45,586 nt of DNA. Origin: a virus. Taxonomy: Duplodnaviria > Caudoviricetes. The notes beneath the pieces were generated by a model. That model made no database searches. It was not told the origin of the DNA and saw only the letters and a program-made list of their open reading frames with translations. Position numbers and translations under genes: made by a program. Location of the stretch: IMG/VR virus record IMGVR_UViG_3300042997_001997, positions 1 through 45,586 of that record. One strand, given 5' to 3'. Below, piece after piece: positions 37,151 to 45,044 of this stretch. The stretch's first letter is position 1. Each line of letters starts with the position of its first letter.

Positions 37151-37831
37151 TCAAGCGGTGAGGGGTAAATGTTTTTCATATAATGCCTCAAAGAACAATT
37201 TGTTCTTTTCCCATTGCTTATTAGTCATACCTATTGATTTATGAGTAACCCCGAATTTTGTTGTTAAACCAATCTTAACACCTTCTAATAGGTTCTCAAC
37301 GCAAAAAGATATGTCATAAAAATGGAATCCTGTAAATTGTTCATCAAATTCCTTCTTTAAACGCCCTTTATGAACAATAAAGAATAAACCATCTACTATT
37401 ACCACATCTTTAAGAACATCGTTAAAAACCGCCTTAGAATAGTGATTAACGTGCCTTTTACCCTCATGTATATGTCCAACAACCCCAAACATATTTTCAC
37501 GGTTCTGCCACCACATGCCACTTGTTAATTTATCAGTTCCCGCAATACCAATAATTCCGTATTCAGGATGCTTTTCAAATAATTTGACAATCTTGGGTGT
37601 CATATTTGGTGTCTCCAAAATAAGATCATCATGCATAAAAACGACGATATCATTTTTAGCGTCTTTTAAACCTTTGTTATATATTTCAGTTAAAGAGGAT
37701 ACTCCGTCATTTTCGTAAAATAAAATTTCTGTTTTTGGATGTGAAAACATTCTTTCCACATGTTTAACGTAGGTATCTTCTATTTTTCTGGTGGAAATAA
37801 CCACACTTACTAATTCATTATTCTTCGACAT
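37151..37831 (-). CDS. GT2-like glycosyltransferase (Glyco_tranf_2_5-like)
   Basis: YNKGL, VFMHDD, GIIGIAG, VDGLF, FHFYDISFC. Confidence 0.85.
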   Translation of the reverse strand: MSKNNELVSVVISTRKIEDTYVKHVERMFSHPKTEILFYENDGVSSLTEIYNKGLKDAKNDIVVFMHDDLILETPNMTPKIVKLFEKHPEYGIIGIAGTDKLTSGMWWQNRENMFGVVGHIHEGKRHVNHYSKAVFNDVLKDVVIVDGLFFIVHKGRLKKEFDEQFTGFHFYDISFCVENLLEGVKIGLTTKFGVTHKSIGMTNKQWEKNKLFFEALYEKHLPLTA

Positions 37832-38567
37832 ATATTGCGTTTATTTTTCCGTAGATTTCAACTAAGTCAACAACGATTGGTTTATTTATTGGTTCGTATC
37901 TTTCATCGCAGGTTGATGCGTTAACATATAATGTGTCCTTAACATAAGCAGCACCATATGCCCCATGAATATGTCCAAACACATGTAATAATGGTTTAAT
38001 TCTATTTTCCACTTGATGCCTTAATAATTCACATCCAACATTTGACGGGCTTCTCCAATTATCAACAAAATCTCTAATTTCTTGTGGAGGTCCGTGTGTG
38101 ATTAACACGTCGGTGTCATCAGGAATCATATCCCATTTAGATTTAATTTCATCGCCCATTCTTGGTAAGTTAAAAGCCCAATCATAAAAATTAGGTTGCC
38201 AAGGGCTACCATAAAATTTAATTGGACGAGAAAACTCAGGTGTTTCAATTGTGATAAAATTATCCTCTAAATAAGTGACATCTGATTGCGATAAATTTTC
38301 AGGAGCCATTAAATTACGTAACCAATCGTAATCACCTTTATGGTGCGGTTGATTAACTCTTTCAAAACAAAAATCATGATTACCTGATATGAATATTTTA
38401 TTGTCCCATCCACCTAAGTTTTGGAACCAATGAATGAAATTAGCTACGTCTTTTTCACCTCCTTTATTTGAGATGTCACCTGAATGAATTAATATATCAC
38501 CTTTTGGTAACGGGTGTTCCATTAAATCATGTAAGCTATGTGTATCGGATATACAAACAATTCTCAT
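37818..38567 (-). CDS. Metallophosphoesterase (MPPED/239FB-like)
   Basis: ISDTH, HSGD, GNHD, LITHGPP, VFGHIH. Confidence 0.92.
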   Translation of the reverse strand: MRIVCISDTHSLHDLMEHPLPKGDILIHSGDISNKGGEKDVANFIHWFQNLGGWDNKIFISGNHDFCFERVNQPHHKGDYDWLRNLMAPENLSQSDVTYLEDNFITIETPEFSRPIKFYGSPWQPNFYDWAFNLPRMGDEIKSKWDMIPDDTDVLITHGPPQEIRDFVDNWRSPSNVGCELLRHQVENRIKPLLHVFGHIHGAYGAAYVKDTLYVNASTCDERYEPINKPIVVDLVEIYGKINAIYVEE

Positions 38568-38580
38568 AAAAAATAATTTA

Positions 38581-38610
38581 AAAAAAGGTTAGGTTTAATC
38601 CTAACCTTTA
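38581..38610 (-). terminator. Rho-independent terminator
   Basis: AAAGGTTAGG-attaaa-CCTAACCTTT followed by T run on the minus strand. Confidence 0.85.
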
Positions 38611-38659
38611 GAGGCCGTACGGTTTTGCGTACATTCGTCCACCACTTAGTTTTAATAAA

Positions 38660-38869
38660 CTAAGAAACTTTTTTAGATTTTTTCTTCTTTTCAATTGGAG
38701 TTTCATATGAACCACCCATATCATGGGCGACTTCTACGGATGGTATTTCTTTAACGCCTTTCCATTCGGTTTTACTTACATATTTCCATGTATTACCCGC
38801 CATTTGTGTGGCTTGTTTATCATCAACTCTAATGATGTTTCCTGTTTTTGTATTTTTTAAGCACTTCAT
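38660..38869 (-). CDS. Small basic hypothetical protein (MKCLKNTKTGNIIRV...)
   Basis: GGAGG 5 nt before ATG 38869; alternative start at 38881. Confidence 0.7.
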   Translation of the reverse strand: MKCLKNTKTGNIIRVDDKQATQMAGNTWKYVSKTEWKGVKEIPSVEVAHDMGGSYETPIEKKKKSKKVS

Positions 38870-38928
38870 AGTTTCCTCCATGTTTTAATTACTAAAATAT
38901 ACATTTTTATTTTGATAAAACAAAATAA

Positions 38929-39035
38929 TTATCACAGAGAATGTAGATTTTCACTAACTCGATTTAGCGGTCTCTATGATAACCAATGATGGATGAAAAA
39001 CATCTATTCTTCTTGCGGACTTCCACCGGAGTCCC
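38929..39035 (-). ncRNA. Candidate structured intergenic RNA
   Basis: 12-bp stem and inner 6-bp stem with G-U pairs only on the minus strand; GGACT/AGTCC hairpin. Confidence 0.4.
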
Positions 39036-39040
39036 ATATT

Positions 39041-39271
39041 TTATAAAAACTTACTATCTTGTCTTCTTCTTGCCTCTTCAGCTTCTCTATACCAACGAAT
39101 CCACGTTAACGAAACATCAATTGGTGCTAAAACCCACGCCATCATTATAACCATAATAGTGTCTAATTCAGGTGAACCTCCTGTTGGATCGTTTGAATAT
39201 CTTTGATTTAAATTTTTAAACAACTGATACAAACAATAAATAATACAAATAACATAATAACTTACAAACAT
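39041..39271 (-). CDS. Small two-TM membrane protein
   Basis: Two hydrophobic segments. Confidence 0.75.
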   Translation of the reverse strand: MFVSYYVICIIYCLYQLFKNLNQRYSNDPTGGSPELDTIMVIMMAWVLAPIDVSLTWIRWYREAEEARRRQDSKFL

Positions 39272-39276
39272 ATAAT

Positions 39277-40062
39277 TTAATTTTTATTTTCTACATTTTT
39301 AATGTGTTGGTATATTTTACCAACCCACCACTCTACTATTTCTTGATGTGGGTGTCCATCGTTTATTGTTGTGTCAAAATTAGGGTGATTATACATTGCA
39401 CTCATCCAATCACTTTGTTCGCTATAAAATGTATCATCATTTAATATTGACATTCTTATTTCATCTCTTAATAACGTAAAATCATTTCCTTCTGACGGGC
39501 TATAATGATTGATATTAGTTTGATGATCCTGCGGATAAAACGATTTGTTTATAGTTTTAATAGAATTAATCCCTTCAAACATTATAAAATCAATATTCTT
39601 ATTTTTTAAATAAGATTTTACACTAATCATTGCAATTATAGTTCTTAATGTGTTTTCCGCAAGATTAAACCACATATCACCAAAAAAAGGTTGGTTATTT
39701 TTTATAAAACTTAATGAATCATAATAACTTGTTTCTCTTTCAAAAATTTGATGTACGGAACTAAATGTTCCAATACCCAACGTATGGTATCTACTATTTT
39801 TTTCATCCCAATATTCTCTTCTGGTAACTTCACTCCATTGTATACCAATACAAGAATTGCTCATGTCATTGTTTTCACAATAATTTATAACATTTGTAAA
39901 AATGTTTGTGTTAGAACCGCCACCGCCTTTATTTACGTGTTTGCAATTTAATAATTTAGCAAGAGAAAACCCCCACGAGCCTTCATCACCTAAATTGTGT
40001 CCAGTTGTAAAAGAACAGCCAAATGTTATTAAATTATCGTATTTTTTATTTGTCTTAATCAT
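39277..40062 (-). CDS. SGNH/GDSL-like hydrolase-fold protein
   Basis: FGCSFT, GGSN, IQWS, DGHP. Confidence 0.75.
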   Translation of the reverse strand: MIKTNKKYDNLITFGCSFTTGHNLGDEGSWGFSLAKLLNCKHVNKGGGGSNTNIFTNVINYCENNDMSNSCIGIQWSEVTRREYWDEKNSRYHTLGIGTFSSVHQIFERETSYYDSLSFIKNNQPFFGDMWFNLAENTLRTIIAMISVKSYLKNKNIDFIMFEGINSIKTINKSFYPQDHQTNINHYSPSEGNDFTLLRDEIRMSILNDDTFYSEQSDWMSAMYNHPNFDTTINDGHPHQEIVEWWVGKIYQHIKNVENKN

Positions 40063-40778
40063 ATCAAACGTATTTGTTCATACTTTTTATTGAAATGTTT
40101 TTTTAAAAAATTCATGAACTCCATGTTCATATCATCACTCCAATGAGAATCGCCTTTCATTTCTTGTTCACCGTTAGTTCTGATGTGTATTTCTCCTCTA
40201 GTTTCCCACATCCCAATTAATTCAGTCATTTCTTCTCGATAAATGATAACACTACTATCATGTTTTTTATGATCCCAACAATGAACAATTTTTTTACATG
40301 GCGTCAATTTGTATAACGCTTCAATAACTTCAATATAATTTAAAATAGAAGCATCGCTACCATTAATTAATTCTTGAATTTCTAATTTATCATTAAAATA
40401 TTTAAAATCATATTGATTACTCCATATTTCCAAAGAATTAAATTCAGGGTTATAGGATTTACTCCCTTGAAAATAATCATTGAAATTTGTAATACCATGT
40501 CCAACGTATAACGCTCTTCTATCTTTTAATGGAAGCCTTGTTCTATTAAACACAGGTAAGAACACTACCAATAAATCATCAGGAGTTAAATGTGGAATAT
40601 GTTTTGTCCATATGTCTAAAGTTGATTGAGTATCTCTACTAGGACTACCTAAAAAATAAGGTGTGAATCCTTCATTATTCCAAAAATCTCTGATTGGTGA
40701 TTCCTCTCCCCAAAGAGGATAAACATTAAAAAAGTTTGTCACCCAACTGTCACCAATAAATAAAATTTTTTTATCCAT
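40059..40778 (-). CDS. SGNH/GDSL-like hydrolase-fold protein
   Basis: FIGDSW, GDSHWS. Confidence 0.7.
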   Translation of the reverse strand: MDKKILFIGDSWVTNFFNVYPLWGEESPIRDFWNNEGFTPYFLGSPSRDTQSTLDIWTKHIPHLTPDDLLVVFLPVFNRTRLPLKDRRALYVGHGITNFNDYFQGSKSYNPEFNSLEIWSNQYDFKYFNDKLEIQELINGSDASILNYIEVIEALYKLTPCKKIVHCWDHKKHDSSVIIYREEMTELIGMWETRGEIHIRTNGEQEMKGDSHWSDDMNMEFMNFLKKHFNKKYEQIRLI

Positions 40779-40788
40779 AATTTAAAAT

Positions 40789-41107
40789 AACGCTACCGTC
40801 TTTGAAAGTTTTTATTTAATCCTTATGCCTTACGGCTTGTTGTTATTTTACTCTCAAGTTTATCTAAACGCGAATCCAATACACGATAAACATCGTTCAT
40901 TGCATTTTCACGTTCTCTGTTTTGATTTTCAACCTCTCTTCCGAGACATTGTTGTACTTCCTCAATTTCTTTGTTAGTTCTATTAACCTTAACAAAGGCT
41001 ATTACAGCAACTACCGCAACCGCGATAACCACCACAATAGACATTCCTAAAATAAATGATAATATATCCATATGTTATTTCTCCTATATTCAAAGAACGG
41101 TAGCGTT
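40789..41107. repeat. 18/19-bp inverted repeat flanking the 40823-41071 gene
   Basis: AACGCTACCGTCTTTGAA (40789-40806) versus TTCAAAGAACGGTAGCGTT (41089-41107). Confidence 0.85.
40823..41071 (-). CDS. N-terminal TM + coiled-coil protein
   Basis: Hydrophobic aa 3-27; AGGAG upstream. Confidence 0.8.
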   Translation of the reverse strand: MDILSFILGMSIVVVIAVAVVAVIAFVKVNRTNKEIEEVQQCLGREVENQNRERENAMNDVYRVLDSRLDKLESKITTSRKA

Positions 41108-41109
41108 TG

Positions 41110-41194
41110 TACCTGAAGTGGGACTTGAACCCACACGAACATTTCTGTTCAACAGATTTTAAGTCTGTCATGTATACCATTTCATCACCCAGGT
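41110..41194 (-). tRNA. tRNA-Leu(TAA)
   Basis: ACAGA-CT-TAA-AA-TCTGT anticodon arm, long variable arm, GGTTCAAGTCC; CCA not encoded. Confidence 0.93.
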
Positions 41195-41242
41195 TTATAA
41201 TAAAATATAAATAAAAAAAATGAGATTAAAAAACCTATAAAC

Positions 41243-41274
41243 AAAAAAAGCCAAAGTTTTTGAGGCTTTGGCTT
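41243..41274 (-). terminator. Terminator downstream of the large ncRNA
   Basis: AAGCCAAAG/CTTTGGCTT stem with T run on the minus strand. Confidence 0.8.
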
Positions 41275-41320
41275 AATACGATTGATTCATTTTTTCAATA
41301 AAAAATAAATAAAAATAAAA

Positions 41321-42135
41321 CACTGAGAATACATGTTTTAGCAACCGACTTAGGAACATTATTTGTTTCTTTCCTTTTCCACAACCTTTTGAGTTGTACC
41401 GATCAATGACGGCTAATTAGATTAACCAATCCTTAAGTTGTCAAATACTCTTTTATTACTTATTACTCATCAAATCTGCCGACCTGACTCAGCCTTGCGG
41501 GCTTAGAGAACTTTCTTAAAAATCATATTGGGATTGAGTCCCCCTATGGCCAAGAACCACTCTTGACTGTGTAGTCATCTATCTTCAACAACTGACGAAC
41601 ACTTTTTCTTTTATTTTTTTAGTTTTCACCGATTGAAAGTAAAAGTTTGGTTTGTGAGGATATGGAAAGTAGTGGTTCGTCAACCAGCCAAGCCACCTTT
41701 TGAGCGACTCGATACTAAACTACTCTCTAAGACATCCCTGCCTTCATATTTTTGGTTTTCTTCAAAACTAAATCCTTGGTAGAATTTAATTAAGAACAAT
41801 AACAGCACCATCTGTTTTTTGTTATACCTTCCGTCTTGCGACGCTACGGTTTTAAGACAACCATTATATTGAACCACGCAATTGTATAGTCGGATAACCA
41901 CACTTCTCACAATAATTCTACGAGTTATTCTTATTGGTGTTCCCACCTCAACTAAACGACCTCACATCGCTTAGTCATCAAACCATTTCGCTACGGAGTT
42001 ACCCTCACTACTTCAGGTTCAACGATATCTCGCTTGTCTACTTAAGATCCATTGCTGAATCCGCAAATCCTGTCAACCAACAGGCTTCACTTTATCCCAC
42101 TTTCATGGTTTATTTTATTGACTATAGACCGCCAA
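41321..42135 (-). ncRNA. Large (~810 nt) structured ncRNA, GOLLD-like
   Basis: ORF-poor and GC-enriched with many stems and GNRA loops on the minus strand; own promoter and terminator; next to tRNAs; family inferred from size and context; ends approximate. Confidence 0.6.
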
Positions 42136-42144
42136 TATTTTTAA

Positions 42145-42180
42145 TTCAAAGAACTATTTTTGCTTTCTTTTACAAAGATA
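42145..42180 (-). promoter_or_regulatory. -7 promoter element (TATCTTTG) followed by boxA-like GTTCTTTGAA
   Basis: CAAAGATA at 42173-42180; TTCAAAGAAC at 42145-42154. Confidence 0.6.
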
Positions 42181-42232
42181 AGAAAAAGGTTTCAAATAAA
42201 AAAATTATTTATAAAAAAGTTTAAAAATAATT

Positions 42233-43438
42233 TTATGTAAGCGGTGTAATAGGCAAATCGTCTTTCTTTAAAAACAAATTTTCTATATGGTTAACCGAAC
42301 ATGTGTTGAAGCAATAAACCATTTTATCGTCATCGCTTTTAGCATTCTCCCATCTACTTGCAAAAACAACTTCTAAATAATCACTATCTAAAATTTCATT
42401 AAGAGAGTAATCGTTTAAACTGATTTTATTTAAACCGTAATTATTTATTTCTTTTCTAATTTGTAGTGTTTCTTTATTTTCAAAATTGCTATTATACATT
42501 GTACCAACAAAACAACACGGCATTACATTTCCTTTACAATCAACGTATATCTCCATACCAATTTTATGACATGATTTACAACTTACAGATTTACCTTTAA
42601 ATCTTTCAGGAAATTTAAAATCACTTAAATTGTTTTTTATAGTTTCGCCCCATTTCTTATCAATAGACTCTTTAGTTCGTTTATCTTTTGGTGGAAGCCA
42701 AATTTTATCTTCGCTAATCTCAAATTTTTTGATTGACTTATTTAATCTAAATTCTTCACTTGCAGGTTCTATTTTATAAATAAAATTACCCTCTTCATCA
42801 TAAACCATCATGTCTTGATAGGTATCTGGTTCATGTGTATCAAAACCAAAAGGTCTCTTTGGTGAAAAAGTTACCCCAATTGTTTTTGCTAACGCCTCGG
42901 CTTCAACTAATTGATGTTCATTATGTTTGAATATTAAAAAATCCCATAATCCTAATGCACCTGATTTAACGTATGATTTCATATTCTTCATAACGTTATC
43001 CCATTTTACATTTCTTCTATATATGTGATTAGTGTCTTCTAAGCCATCAACAGAAAAAACAACATATCTACTATTAACACAAGGTTCGGCAAGAAGAGTC
43101 CCCATTTTTTTCCAAAATGCAACATCTCTCATTGAGCCGTTTGTGTTAATTTGAATTTTTGCTTCCGAGTTTTTGGCAACGTATTCCACAATTTCATATG
43201 CATCTTTAGCCATCATAGGATCACCATTGGTACCGCAAAAAATCCAACTTTTACTTCTTTGTACAAAATCTAAAGGAAACCATTTTTTGAAGCTGTCTAA
43301 AGAAACGCTACCCAAATCTAATTCAGGGTTAACCCTTAAAGAATGGTTTACATACCTTGGGCAAAGCGGGCAAGCAGCGTTGCACCGATTAGAAAGTTCC
43401 ACATGGACTAAATGGGTGTTCTCATAGTTCCATACCAT
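42233..43438 (-). CDS. Radical SAM enzyme with SPASM/twitch domain
   Basis: CNAACPLC, GTNGDP, INTNG, FSVDG, YVDCKGNVMPCC, CFNTC. Confidence 0.9.
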   Translation of the reverse strand: MVWNYENTHLVHVELSNRCNAACPLCPRYVNHSLRVNPELDLGSVSLDSFKKWFPLDFVQRSKSWIFCGTNGDPMMAKDAYEIVEYVAKNSEAKIQINTNGSMRDVAFWKKMGTLLAEPCVNSRYVVFSVDGLEDTNHIYRRNVKWDNVMKNMKSYVKSGALGLWDFLIFKHNEHQLVEAEALAKTIGVTFSPKRPFGFDTHEPDTYQDMMVYDEEGNFIYKIEPASEEFRLNKSIKKFEISEDKIWLPPKDKRTKESIDKKWGETIKNNLSDFKFPERFKGKSVSCKSCHKIGMEIYVDCKGNVMPCCFVGTMYNSNFENKETLQIRKEINNYGLNKISLNDYSLNEILDSDYLEVVFASRWENAKSDDDKMVYCFNTCSVNHIENLFLKKDDLPITPLT

Positions 43439-43457
43439 AGGTAAGTAATTTTATTTG

Positions 43458-43543
43458 CGGAGAGAGTAGGATTCGAACCCACGGACCTGTTACAGTCTAC
43501 AGTTTTCAAGACTGTCGCGATAGACCAACTCTGCCATCTCTCC
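43458..43543 (-). tRNA. tRNA-Ser(TGA)
   Basis: GGAGAGA acceptor, ACAGT-CT-TGA-AA-ACTGT, long variable arm, GGTTCGAATCC. Confidence 0.95.
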
Positions 43544-43612
43544 AATTATTTATTGTTATTATTATAACAATTATATTCCAATACTTGAATACAATTTTTC
43601 AAAAAACTTTTG

Positions 43613-43685
43613 TGGACCAGATAGGGCTCGAACCTATAATCTTCACATTATGAGTGTGCTGCTTCAACCATTAAGCTACAAGTCC
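43613..43685 (-). tRNA. tRNA with CAT anticodon (Ile2 or elongator Met)
   Basis: CT-CAT-AA loop, GGTTCGAGCCC; G1-C72 pair and no GGG/CCC anticodon stem, so not an initiator. Confidence 0.88.
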
Positions 43686-43704
43686 TATTAGTCTTTTCCT
43701 TACC

Positions 43705-44038
43705 TCTTGATAACCACATTGCCATTCCGGTGTTACTGCCGGATGCTTACCACTTGCGTGGAGTGACTACCACATTAAAGTTTGATTCTAACTCACTTAA
43801 ATTGCTCCATCCGTGTCATGCACTGGTTAACAAAGTCCTCGTTGAGTTAGTCTCAAAAAGTTACAGGTTTTTCGTACCATCTATGTACATCATAACAGAC
43901 ATAATCTGCGGTTACATTTTCGTATCGGGTTAATTATTCCCAACTTATAGTAACTCTACCCTCACCACCCTACCTCGCGAGTCAGACGGATCTTTTGGGA
44001 TTCATAGACAGTGGGGTTACACCACCGTCGTCACCTGT
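43705..44038 (-). ncRNA. Structured non-coding block between tRNA-Thr and tRNA(CAT); possibly 2-3 RNAs
   Basis: Closing stems ACAGGT/ACCTGT, CTAACTCA/TGAGTTAG, TAGTCAC/GTGGTTA; GCAA tetraloop. Confidence 0.5.
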
Positions 44039-44040
44039 TG

Positions 44041-44113
44041 AGCCTCGTTACGGACTTGAACCGCAGACCTAATCATTACAAATGACTTGCTCTACCAACT
44101 GAGCTAACGAGGC
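44041..44113 (-). tRNA. tRNA-Thr(TGT)
   Basis: GCCTCGT/ACGAGGC acceptor, AGCTCAGTTGGTAGAGC D arm, TT-TGT-AA loop, GGTTCAAGTCC. Confidence 0.95.
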
Positions 44114-44117
44114 TTTT

Positions 44118-44207
44118 ATGGAAAACAGAAGATGGGGGTGTGGACATCTGTTTTTATGATTGGCGTTTCTCACTATTCGCTAGCCCCGTTAAATCCCAAT
44201 CAACCAT
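44118..44207 (-). ncRNA. Candidate structured RNA at the head of the tRNA operon
   Basis: ATGG/CCAT closing stem and two hairpins with complementary GGGG and CCCC loops. Confidence 0.45.
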
Positions 44208-44215
44208 TAGTCTTA

Positions 44216-44223
44216 CAAAGATA
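44216..44223 (-). promoter_or_regulatory. -7 promoter element of the tRNA operon
   Basis: TATCTTTG on the minus strand. Confidence 0.6.
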
Positions 44224-44394
44224 ATAAATATATATGAATATATGAAATTATAATAAAAAAATATTAGGCAACATTTAAATGTATAGGCAAATAGAAGTAT
44301 TTATAAACAGACAAAAAATAAATATACCTCTCTCTCAGGTATTACATATTAACCTTATATGTAGTTCCGAGTGAGCTTTAAAACTCGGAACATT

Positions 44395-45042
44395 ATGGAA
44401 AAATTAAGAACATTAACAAACGACATAGGTAATAAAATCTTTTTAGGTTTTTTATACTTAGCAATTACATGGACAATATTAGCCGTTTTATTCGGCATAT
44501 TCATGACATACTTGGAATTATCCGGTAAAAGGGAAATAACAAGAAATATTACGAACTGGATAGAATGGAGAATAGATGGCACATTCAAAAACTCACCTGA
44601 GAATATTTGGTACAACGCTGAGGATCATATTTGGGTTGAAAGTGTTACCAATGAGGTTAAGATGGGTAAATTGGCAGGTAACAGAAATTTAGCTTTCGGT
44701 GTAAAAAATACATTGGAGGAGTTTTTACAAGAAAAGGGTTATGATTTAACACCTTCAGCCCCATACAAATTAAAAGTCCAAATAATCTATTTGGATGTTC
44801 TAACCACAAAAAAGAACGTTTCGGTTTTTCATAAAAATGAAGAAGAAGTTGTCATTCGTATGAAAGGAACTTTATATAAGGATGGTAAGAAAGAAAAGGA
44901 AATAATGGTTGAAGAGTCATCTTCTGAAATATCAATGTCCACATTGATTGTAGATGAAGGTGGGCAATTTAATCAAACATCTTTGAGTAATGCTCTAAAA
45001 AAATCGGCGGATAAATTAATAACCAAATTATTTGATAAATAA
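44395..45042 (+). CDS. Membrane-anchored envelope protein (possible CsgG/LptE-like alpha/beta fold)
   Basis: N-terminal TM; GVKNTLEEFLQEKGYDL and C-terminal SNALKK helix; ATG 44395 preferred; fold call tentative. Confidence 0.65.
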   Translation: MEKLRTLTNDIGNKIFLGFLYLAITWTILAVLFGIFMTYLELSGKREITRNITNWIEWRIDGTFKNSPENIWYNAEDHIWVESVTNEVKMGKLAGNRNLAFGVKNTLEEFLQEKGYDLTPSAPYKLKVQIIYLDVLTTKKNVSVFHKNEEEVVIRMKGTLYKDGKKEKEIMVEESSSEISMSTLIVDEGGQFNQTSLSNALKKSADKLITKLFDK

Positions 45043-45044
45043 TC

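Noticed and set aside
40971-41180. Short ORFs overlapping tRNA-Leu
   Set aside because: Explained by the tRNA and the 40823-41071 gene.
41321-42135. rRNA fragment, RNase P RNA or group II intron
   Set aside because: No recognisable rRNA signatures, no GAGGAAAGTCC P4 motif, and no domain V or flanking exons seen.
41680-42224. ORFs 41680-41946 (-) and 41934-42224 (+)
   Set aside because: Non-ATG starts, no protein motifs, and they lie inside the structured RNA.
43730-43933. 67-aa plus-strand ORF
   Set aside because: Antisense to the tRNA operon with no start context; better explained as structured RNA.
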